A stretch of 64,000 nucleotides of DNA from an uncultured Ardenticatenaceae bacterium. Lineage in GTDB: Bacteria > Chloroflexota > Anaerolineae > Promineifilales > Promineifilaceae. The notes under the pieces are model-generated. The model was not told the DNA's origin, did not search any database, and saw only the letters and a program-made list of their open reading frames with translations. A program made the translations under genes and the position numbers. Shown here one piece after another: positions 33,889-41,435 of the stretch. Position 1 is the stretch's first letter. Every line of letters begins with the position of its first letter. The stretch spans positions 6,428 to 70,427 of the forward strand of contig CAYLJW010000004.1 in the NCBI GenBank assembly GCA_964384155.1, given 5' to 3'.

Positions 33889-34289
33889 CCACGCCTTACT
33901 TCGTGATCCTAGACAATACGCTGGTGAATGAGCCGCTGGTCCCAGGGTTGCCTTATTGGATTTTTCCCGTCAGCCGGCTGCCGCACACGGCCACCGCGGG
34001 GCAATTTGTGGAAGATGTGCTGTACCATTCGGAGCTATGGGCCAACGCGGCTGCCAAAAAGGGCGACGACTGGATGACCCTTCGCCTGCTGGAATGTCGT
34101 AAGATGTGCCCGCGCTGCGGCCACCTGTTGGTGCGCATGGGGGACGCAGAATGGGATACGATTCATATTGTATGGTATATCGCGCACAACCCGCAGCCGC
34201 GGCTGATGACCCACGAAGTGGCCCTGCACCTGGGAGCGTGGCATTGTGAATACCTGAGCCATCGCTGCGAGCTCAATTTTTTCGCCTGA
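33885..34289 (+). CDS. hypothetical 134-aa protein, translationally coupled to the zinc-ribbon repeat gene
   Basis: ATGA start/stop overlap at 33885-33888, with AGGAGG 7 nt upstream. Contains CPRCGH and a later H/C cluster (WHCEYLSHRC). Confidence 0.55.
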   Translation: MTTPYFVILDNTLVNEPLVPGLPYWIFPVSRLPHTATAGQFVEDVLYHSELWANAAAKKGDDWMTLRLLECRKMCPRCGHLLVRMGDAEWDTIHIVWYIAHNPQPRLMTHEVALHLGAWHCEYLSHRCELNFFA

Positions 34290-34400
34290 TTGAGCGGGAA
34301 AATGCGCGTCTAATGAACCATTTAGGAACGAAGGTGTAGCCACTCAAATGCTTGCATTCTGATGGCCGATGACAGTATACTATTCATAGCTCCCCGCCCA

Positions 34401-34447
34401 GAGGTGGTACGGAACGCGCCCGCGTAACCGGCCACCTCATTTTTTTG
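34401..34447 (+). terminator. rho-independent terminator after the two-gene cassette
   Basis: GAGGTGG...CCACCTC stem followed by ATTTTTTTGTTT. Confidence 0.65.
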
Positions 34448-34493
34448 TTTCGACCCAGTTGGCCAGAAGATCCCAGCCTGACAACGGCTATCT

Positions 34494-36308
34494 TTAGAAC
34501 GTCACCATGCCTAGCAGGCGCCAGATCCAGATCACGCCGAAACTAAGCAGCAGGATGCCGAGAAGGTCGAGCACCGCACCACGCTTGAAGATGTCTTGCG
34601 CCTGGAAATAGCCGGTGGCGTAGGCCATCATCGTCGGCGGTGTGCCGACTACCAGCGCAAAGTCGATGGAGGAGGCGATGGCAATAATGACGACAAGGAG
34701 GCGTGGATCCATATGCAGGATCTGCGCCAACGGAATGGCCAGCGGGATGAGCATCGCGGCGCAGGCGGTGTTGGAGATGAAGGCGCCGAGCATCAGGGTA
34801 AGCGTGGCAACCATGAAGACGACGAATAGCGGCGGAAGCACCGCCAGGCCCGTGAGGTGCAGGGCGATCCAGTCTGACACACCGGTGACCACGAGCACTT
34901 TACCCAGCGCCAGGCCGCCGCCAAAGGTCAGCAGCGCGTTCCAGTTGATACGGTTCAAATCTTCCTTCTTCAGGGTTTCGGAGAGGAAGAGGATCAGCAC
35001 GCCGCCCAGGGCCACGATGCCGGTGTCGATGCCATGCCAGCGGTCGGTGAGCCACAGAACGACAATGGCGAAGAAGACGACAAACAAGAGGCGTTGGTCG
35101 CGATTGAGCGGACCCAACCCCTTTAATTCCTGTTCGTAGATAGAACGATTCAAATGGGCGCCGACCTGTCGCAACTTTACCCGAAAGGCCAACATAAGAT
35201 AGATCCAGGTTGCGGGGATCATTACGAGCACCACCGGCAGGCCGTAAGCAAACCAGTCGGCAAAGCCCAGTGTTGTGCCTGCCAGGTCGTTGAGAAAGGA
35301 CATGGCTAGGATGTTGGCCGGTGTACCGATAGCCGAACCGATGCCGCCTATGGTTGCCGAATAGGCAATGGCCAGGATCAGGGCGCGCCGGTAGCCACTA
35401 GGTTGGCCGCCGCTTGGGATTTTTTCTAGAACGGCCAGGGCGATGGGAATAACAATGGCGACACTTGCGGTGTTGGACATCCACATGGAAAGGAATGCGG
35501 TCAGCGCCATCATCGTAACCATCAGATAGGCCGGCCGCACGCTGGCGCGCCGCAGAATATTCAGAGCGATGACGCGGTCTACGCCCGTGTGGCGCATGCC
35601 TTCAGCCAGCAAGAAACCGGCAAAAAAGAGCACGACGATGGGATCAAAGAAGGGCTGCAGCACGGCGTCGGGCCCCGAAATGCCGGCTACGACCACGACG
35701 ACAGGAATCACCAGCGCGGCGACCGCCAGGGGCACAAGCTCGGTGACCCACAACATGGCCACGGCGAAAAGCAAGGCCAGGGCGATGCGCGCTCCGGAAG
35801 GGATACGCATATTGAAGGTAACCCATTCGCCGTCGCGCCCGGTTGGCGGCAGCTCCTGCTCATAGCCCATGCCTCTGACCTCGGAGCGCACACTTTCTGC
35901 GTTTACTTCCACCGGGCCACCGGCCGCATTGAGCACCCTGAAACGATAGCTAATGGCGTTGCCCGGACTGAGCACGTATTTGTCCGAGCCCAGCACTTCC
36001 ACCGTATACGCATCGATCTGCCGGCTTATCTGCAGCGTCTGGCCCCCCTCTGTCGCCAGGACAAACGGAAAATCCACCAGATGACTCTGGCCATCCAGGG
36101 TCACTGCCAGATGCGCCACATAGCTGCCTGGCGCCAGATCCGCAGGGCCGAGCCAGTAGCCCAGGGTGGCCAGCAGCAACACGACGAAGAAGCGGACGTA
36201 TTTGCCATGTGCGCTCACGCCGCGCCACAAGGCCCGCAGCCTCCAATGAAACGGACGATCAACCGCCTGGTGGGTAAACCCCTTCAATTCGTTCATGCCC
36301 TCATCCAT
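34494..36308 (-). CDS. SLC13/DASS-family anion:cation symporter with an N-terminal extension of about 170 aa
   Basis: Many transmembrane helices and the SNTA-type hairpin motifs (WMSNTASVAIVIPIA; FISNTACAAMLIPLA) typical of DASS/CitT-like permeases. Confidence 0.85.
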   Translation of the reverse strand: MDEGMNELKGFTHQAVDRPFHWRLRALWRGVSAHGKYVRFFVVLLLATLGYWLGPADLAPGSYVAHLAVTLDGQSHLVDFPFVLATEGGQTLQISRQIDAYTVEVLGSDKYVLSPGNAISYRFRVLNAAGGPVEVNAESVRSEVRGMGYEQELPPTGRDGEWVTFNMRIPSGARIALALLFAVAMLWVTELVPLAVAALVIPVVVVVAGISGPDAVLQPFFDPIVVLFFAGFLLAEGMRHTGVDRVIALNILRRASVRPAYLMVTMMALTAFLSMWMSNTASVAIVIPIALAVLEKIPSGGQPSGYRRALILAIAYSATIGGIGSAIGTPANILAMSFLNDLAGTTLGFADWFAYGLPVVLVMIPATWIYLMLAFRVKLRQVGAHLNRSIYEQELKGLGPLNRDQRLLFVVFFAIVVLWLTDRWHGIDTGIVALGGVLILFLSETLKKEDLNRINWNALLTFGGGLALGKVLVVTGVSDWIALHLTGLAVLPPLFVVFMVATLTLMLGAFISNTACAAMLIPLAIPLAQILHMDPRLLVVIIAIASSIDFALVVGTPPTMMAYATGYFQAQDIFKRGAVLDLLGILLLSFGVIWIWRLLGMVTF

Positions 36309-36510
36309 TCATGCATATTTGGTTGTTAGTAACACGGCATTCTCCCGGTCTCACCCGCCTTCGCCCGGTCGTTTGTCGGCCCCCCCGGCGCGCTATTTGT
36401 GACCCCTCGGCCTGACAGCGCCACCCGGGTTTGCCATTGCAGTGTAGAGAAGAGCCCTGCAAACAAACCAGTACCGAAATGCACGGTGACGGCATGATCT
36501 TTGTCAGATA

Positions 36511-36539
36511 TTGTAAAAGCAGGTGAGCCACTTTATACT
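36511..36539 (+). promoter_or_regulatory. sigma70-like promoter (TTGTAA-17 nt-TATACT) upstream of the REC-flavoprotein gene
   Basis: Hexamers at 36511-36516 and 36534-36539 with a 17-nt spacer, about 95 nt before the ATG at 36635. Confidence 0.4.
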
Positions 36540-36634
36540 TTAGGGCGCCGCGTGAAGAGGCCGCATGGCGGTTCTGTTGGCGGATGGTTGTGTCATGGTC
36601 GCTTGTTTGGCCGGTTGCGCGCCGGGGTGTTGAA

Positions 36635-38296
36635 ATGGCTAAGCCCGTTATTGTCATTGTGGACGACGAGCCACATGTTCTGAATAGTATTGAGCGCGAT
36701 TTGCGGCAGCATTATCGCGATGCTTACCGCCTGATTAAGGCCGGCGGGGGGCAGGAGGCGCTGGAGGCGACGCGGTCGCTGAAGCAGCGTAACGCGCAGA
36801 TTGCGCTGTTTTTGGTGGACCAGCGGATGCCGCGCATGAGCGGCACGGAGTTTTTGATTGAGGGGCGCAAGCTGTACCCGGATGCGGCGAAGGTGTTGCT
36901 GACGGCGTATGCCGATACGGAGGCGGCGATTACGAGTATTAATCAGGTGGAGCTGGACTTTTATCTGATGAAGCCGTGGGACCCGCCGGAGCAGAATCTG
37001 TACCCGGTGCTGGACGATTTGCTGGATGAGTGGAAGGAGCGGGCGGAGATTCCTTTTGACGGCATTCGGGTGGCGGGCGCGTTGTGGTCGGCGAAGAGCC
37101 ACGATGTGAAGGATTTCCTGGCGAGCAACCGGATACCTTATCAGTGGCTGGACATTGAGCGCAGCGCGGAGGCGCGGGTGTTGGTGGAGTCGGTGGACAA
37201 TCCGCGCAATTTGCTGCCGGTGGTCTTTTTTCCAGACGGGGAGATTTTGCTGGCGCCGGATAACCCGCTGCTGGCGCGGCAGTGTGGGCTGCGCACGGAG
37301 GCGAGCGCGAGCTATTATGACTTGATTATTATTGGGGCGGGGCCGGCGGGCCTGGGGGCGGCGGTGTATGGGGCGTCGGAGGGGTTGAAGACGCTGCTGA
37401 TTGATAAGCACGCGCCGGGCGGGCAGGCGGGCACGAGCTCGCGCATTGAGAATTATCTGGGCTTTCCGAAGGGGATAAGTGGCTCGGACCTGGCGGGGCG
37501 GGCGATTGCGCAGGCGCGGCGGCTGGGGGCGGAGATGCTGTCGGCGCAGGAGGCGGTGGGGGTGCGCACGGAGGAGCCTTACCATATTGTGCTGCTTTCT
37601 GACGGCACGGAGATTACGTGTAAGGCGCTGCTGCTGGCCAGCGGGGTGACGGTGCGGCGGCTGGATGCGCCGGGCGCGGAAGGGCTGACGGGCGCGGGGG
37701 TGTATTATGGCGCGGCGGTGACGGAGGCGGCGCATTATAAGGGGGAGCATATTTTTGTGGTGGGCGGGGCGAACTCGGCGGGGCAGGGGGCTATGTTTTT
37801 CTCGCGGTATGCGAGCAAGGTGACGATGCTGGTGCGCGGGCCGTCGCTGGCGCTGGAGATGTCGCAATATCTGATCAACCAGATTGAAGAGACGGAGAAT
37901 ATTGAGGTGTGCACACACACGGATGTGATCGAGCTGCACGGGGAGCAGCGGCTGGAGAAGCTGACGCTGCGCAATAATGAGACGGGGGAGACGGAGACGA
38001 CGCCGGCGGCGGCGCTGTTTATCTTCATCGGCGCTGTGCCGCACACAGAGATGGTGGGCAACCTGATCAAGCGTAACCAGGCGGGTTTTGTTCTGACGGG
38101 GCCGGATATTTTTGAGGGGAATGGCAAACGCTCGGGCTGGCCGCTGAAGCGGGATCCTTACTTATTGGAGACGAGCGTGCCGGGCATTTTCGCGGCCGGC
38201 GATGTGCGCCATGGCGCGGTGCGCCGCGTGGCGTCGGCGGTGGGGCAGGGGGCCATTGCGGTGACGCTGGTGCACCAGTACCTGAAGACGATCTGA
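36635..38296 (+). CDS. response-regulator receiver fused to a glutaredoxin-like domain and a thioredoxin-reductase-like FAD/NAD(P) flavoprotein
   Basis: REC domain (VIVIVDDEP, FLVDQRMP, YLMKPW). Middle Grx-fold segment. TrxR-like dinucleotide motifs (IIIGAGPAGLGAAVY, FVVGGANSAGQGA, GIFAAGDVR). Neither redox CxxC is present. Confidence 0.85.
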   Translation: MAKPVIVIVDDEPHVLNSIERDLRQHYRDAYRLIKAGGGQEALEATRSLKQRNAQIALFLVDQRMPRMSGTEFLIEGRKLYPDAAKVLLTAYADTEAAITSINQVELDFYLMKPWDPPEQNLYPVLDDLLDEWKERAEIPFDGIRVAGALWSAKSHDVKDFLASNRIPYQWLDIERSAEARVLVESVDNPRNLLPVVFFPDGEILLAPDNPLLARQCGLRTEASASYYDLIIIGAGPAGLGAAVYGASEGLKTLLIDKHAPGGQAGTSSRIENYLGFPKGISGSDLAGRAIAQARRLGAEMLSAQEAVGVRTEEPYHIVLLSDGTEITCKALLLASGVTVRRLDAPGAEGLTGAGVYYGAAVTEAAHYKGEHIFVVGGANSAGQGAMFFSRYASKVTMLVRGPSLALEMSQYLINQIEETENIEVCTHTDVIELHGEQRLEKLTLRNNETGETETTPAAALFIFIGAVPHTEMVGNLIKRNQAGFVLTGPDIFEGNGKRSGWPLKRDPYLLETSVPGIFAAGDVRHGAVRRVASAVGQGAIAVTLVHQYLKTI

Positions 38297-38298
38297 GC

Positions 38299-39678
38299 TT
38301 ATTCGGCAGGCAGAAAGACCTGGAAGCGCGTGTCGCCTGGCTGTGAGCTGAGGCGGATTTCGCCGTGGTGCTCCTGGGTGATGATGTGGTAGACGGTGTC
38401 GAGGCCCAGGCCGGTGCCCTGGCCGACGTCTTTGGTGGTGAAGAAAGGCTCGTAAATGCGGGGCTGGAGCTCTGGGGGGATGCCGGGGCCGTTGTCGGCG
38501 ATTTCGACGACGATCATGTCGTCTTCGCGCCAGGTGCGGATGGTGATCTTGCCCTGGCCATTCATGGCGTCGACAGCGTTATCGATGAGGTTGGTCCACA
38601 CCTGGTTGAGGCGGCTGCCGTGGGCCGTGATGTGCGGCAAATTTGGGGCGTAGTCGCGGTGCAGGGAGACGTCGCGAAGCTTGTAGCTCATGATGGTGAG
38701 GGTGCTTTCGAGGCCGTCGTGGACGTTCACATCTTGCACGGGGGAGCGGTCCATGTAGCTGTATTCTTTGACGGCGCCGACGAGCTGGCAGATGTGGGTG
38801 GTGCTGTGCTCGATAGTGCGCAACAGGGCGCGCACGGTGAGCATGCCTTCGAGCCAGGTGACGGCGTGTTCGAGGCGGTCTTGGCCCATGCGCTGGGCCA
38901 GGGCGGTTAGCTGGGCTTCGTCGACGGCGGCGCTGACGAGGGCGGGAGCCAGGCGCCAGCCTTCGTCGATGCCGGCTTCTTCGATCCAGGCGGCGAGGGC
39001 TTCTTCGCGGTCGCTGCGGGTGAGGGGGTCGAGAGTCTCTGGCGCGGCGGCTTGTTGCACGAGCCTGTCTTGCAGCTCGGTGAGGAAGGCGACATCTTCG
39101 GCGCTGAGGCCGAGCTCGTTGAGGCGGAAGACGAGCGATTGCAGGGTGAGCAGGGCGGAGGGCAGCTGCTGTGTGGCGCGCAGGTTGGCGGCGGACGGGT
39201 TGTTAAGCTCGTGGGCCAGGCCGGCGGCCATCTTGCCCAGCGATGACAGTTTTTCGTGCTGCTGGACGGTGGCCTCGGTGGCGCGTAGGCGTTGGGCCAT
39301 GGTGCGCAGAATGGCGCGCAGGATGGGGGAGGCGTCGAGGCTGTCGTCGAAGAGCTCTCGGGGGAAGAGCAGGACGCGACTGGGGGAGACGGCATGCACG
39401 GTGGCGGAGCTGGGCAGGTGCGTGAGCAGCGAAATCTCGCCGACGAAGGAGCCGGGGGCGATGAAGTCGAGTAAGGTGGCGCGGCCGGCGATCTCCTTGG
39501 ATACTTCTAGCTGGCCTTCGAGGAGCACGAAGAGGCCTTTGGAGCCTTCGCCTTCGCGCAATATCACCTGGCCGCTCTCAAGCTGTATCTCCTGGCCCAG
39601 TTTTAGCAGGGCCTGTACTTGGGCTTCGTCCATGCCATTGAAGAGGTCTGTGCGCCGCAGCGGTTCGTCGATACCCAT
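38299..39678 (-). CDS. cyclic-nucleotide-binding-domain histidine kinase
   Basis: N-terminal cNMP-binding fold (LFNGMD...FVGEISLL...SSATVHA), H-box AAGLAHELNNPSAA, N/G boxes (NLIDNAVDAM, DNGPGIP, GTGLGL). ATG 39678 follows GAGGAA. Confidence 0.85.
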   Translation of the reverse strand: MGIDEPLRRTDLFNGMDEAQVQALLKLGQEIQLESGQVILREGEGSKGLFVLLEGQLEVSKEIAGRATLLDFIAPGSFVGEISLLTHLPSSATVHAVSPSRVLLFPRELFDDSLDASPILRAILRTMAQRLRATEATVQQHEKLSSLGKMAAGLAHELNNPSAANLRATQQLPSALLTLQSLVFRLNELGLSAEDVAFLTELQDRLVQQAAAPETLDPLTRSDREEALAAWIEEAGIDEGWRLAPALVSAAVDEAQLTALAQRMGQDRLEHAVTWLEGMLTVRALLRTIEHSTTHICQLVGAVKEYSYMDRSPVQDVNVHDGLESTLTIMSYKLRDVSLHRDYAPNLPHITAHGSRLNQVWTNLIDNAVDAMNGQGKITIRTWREDDMIVVEIADNGPGIPPELQPRIYEPFFTTKDVGQGTGLGLDTVYHIITQEHHGEIRLSSQPGDTRFQVFLPAE

Positions 39679-39896
39679 ATTTCCTCGCCATTTTGCCCCA
39701 GGGCAGTGTCCAGGTTGTGTCTTTGCGCCGCGCCGCTCGGGGCGCGCGGGCTGGCCGGCGGCGTAGCGTCGAGGCGGCTGCGATGTTATCATCGAGGCCA
39801 GCGCCGCGCGGGCAGCGATTGAGTGCGTGGCAGGTGGCCGCCACTTTTGAATTATACACGAGACGGTGCAATGACAGTGGTGTAAGGAGCGGTTTG

Positions 39897-40166
39897 ATGA
39901 CGCAGAATCGTGAGAAAACAGCCTGGATGTGGCTATCGGGCGCGGACCTGCGCGGCCTGTCGCTGGATCTGCATGAGCGCAGCCTGACTTGGATCTGGCA
40001 GGCGGGCTGCCATTGCGCCGACGAGGACGCCATTGTGCAGAGCGTGGCGCAGTTCCGGCAAGAGGGGACGCCGGCGCTGATTGGGCCGTTGCCGGCGGAC
40101 GTGGCGGCAGAGCTGGATAGCGCGCTGGCCACAGGCGCGCAGGGTTCTGGCGCGGGGCGTGAGTAG
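39897..40166 (+). CDS. hypothetical 89-aa protein
   Basis: AAGGAG 8 nt upstream of the ATG. The 3' end overlaps the ROK gene start by 8 nt. No recognisable motif. Confidence 0.4.
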   Translation: MTQNREKTAWMWLSGADLRGLSLDLHERSLTWIWQAGCHCADEDAIVQSVAQFRQEGTPALIGPLPADVAAELDSALATGAQGSGAGRE

Positions 40167-41115
40167 GCTGCTGCTGGCGCTGGATTTTGGCGGGACGAAG
40201 CTGAGCGCCGCGCTGCTAGCAGATGGGGAGAGCTCGTGGCGCGCGCTGCGCCGCCGGCTGTCGCCGCCCGACGGCGGCGCGGATTATGACATCGGGACGA
40301 TGCTGGAGATGGCGCGGGAGCTGCTGCAGGGGGACCGGCCGGCGGCGGTGGGCGTGAGCTTTGGCGGGCCGGTGGAGCACGCGGCGGGCGTGGTGCGCCT
40401 TTCGCACCATGTGCCGGGCTGGGAGAATGTGCCTCTGGCGCGGATGCTAGAGGAGCAGCTTGGCGCGCCGGTGTCGGTGGATAATGACGCCAATGTGGCG
40501 GCGCTGGGGGAGCAGCGTTATGGTGCGGGCCGCGGCATGCAGCACCTGTTGTATGTGACGGTGAGCACGGGTGTGGGCGGCGGCTGGATCTTGAACGGGC
40601 AGCCGTGGCGCGGCGCGGAGGGAATGGCCGGCGAAATTGGGCACACGGTGGCGGATCCCGGCGGGCCGGACTGCCTTTGCGGCAGTAGGGGCTGCGTGGA
40701 GCGGCTGGCGTCGGGGCCTTATATGGCGCAGGATGCGCGCGAGCGGCTGGCGCAGCGGCCGGGCGAAGGGGAGATCTTGCGGCGGATGGCCGGGGGCGAC
40801 TTGCAGGCGATCTCTGGCGAGATGCTGAGTGCGGCGGCGGCGGCAGGCGATGCGCTGGCGCTGGAGCTGTTGGACCGCGGCGCGCGGGCGCTGGGCACGG
40901 GCATCGGCAACGCGGCTAACCTGGTTAATCCGCAGCGCGTGGTGTTGGGGGGAGGGGTGACGAAGGCGGGCGAGCGCTGGTGGCGCGTGGTGCGCGAGAC
41001 GGCGCGGGCGGTGGCCATGCCGGAAGTGCGTGTGGAGATCGTGCCGGCGCGCTTCGCCGACGACGCGCCGCTGTGGGGGGGGGTGGCGTTGGCGGAGGGC
41101 GTGTTGGGTTTGTGA
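40159..41115 (+). CDS. ROK-family sugar kinase (glucokinase-like)
   Basis: LALDFGGTKL ATP-binding start, GEIGH, and the ROK zinc motif CLCGSRGCVE. Confidence 0.85.
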   Translation: MSRLLLALDFGGTKLSAALLADGESSWRALRRRLSPPDGGADYDIGTMLEMARELLQGDRPAAVGVSFGGPVEHAAGVVRLSHHVPGWENVPLARMLEEQLGAPVSVDNDANVAALGEQRYGAGRGMQHLLYVTVSTGVGGGWILNGQPWRGAEGMAGEIGHTVADPGGPDCLCGSRGCVERLASGPYMAQDARERLAQRPGEGEILRRMAGGDLQAISGEMLSAAAAAGDALALELLDRGARALGTGIGNAANLVNPQRVVLGGGVTKAGERWWRVVRETARAVAMPEVRVEIVPARFADDAPLWGGVALAEGVLGL

Positions 41116-41144
41116 TGTAGGGGGAAGACGCGGGAAAAAATGTA

Positions 41145-41173
41145 TTGAATGCGAGGAAACATTGTTGTAATAT
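41145..41173 (+). promoter_or_regulatory. strong sigma70-like promoter (TTGAAT-17 nt-TAATAT) about 260 nt upstream of the aldehyde oxidoreductase gene
   Basis: Hexamers at 41145-41150 and 41168-41173 with an exact 17-nt spacer, in a short AT-rich stretch. Confidence 0.45.
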
Positions 41174-41435
41174 TGCCGCAACGCCTGGAATGGCCGCAGG
41201 ATTGGGCGCCGGGGTGGCCGGTAGCCCGGAGCGAATGCGGGCCAGGCGCGGGCGGAGCCTCACGGCTGTTTGAGGGGCGTTTCAACCAATCGAATAATCG
41301 ATGTATTTTTTGCATCGCCACGCCAGAAGTTGTGGGCTATGTTGGCGGCTGGCGCACTGGCGAGGTTTGTGGCCTTTTTATGAGGTCCGGCCTGCCGGCC
41401 ACTCAACAAAGAACGACTCGTTATGGAGGAGACTG

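Noticed and set aside
36593-38044. 483-aa minus-strand ORF antisense to the REC-flavoprotein gene
   Set aside because: Extremely Arg/Pro/Leu/His/Gln-rich low-complexity translation with no motifs. It lies entirely inside a well-supported plus-strand gene and is a typical mirror-frame artefact of high-GC DNA.
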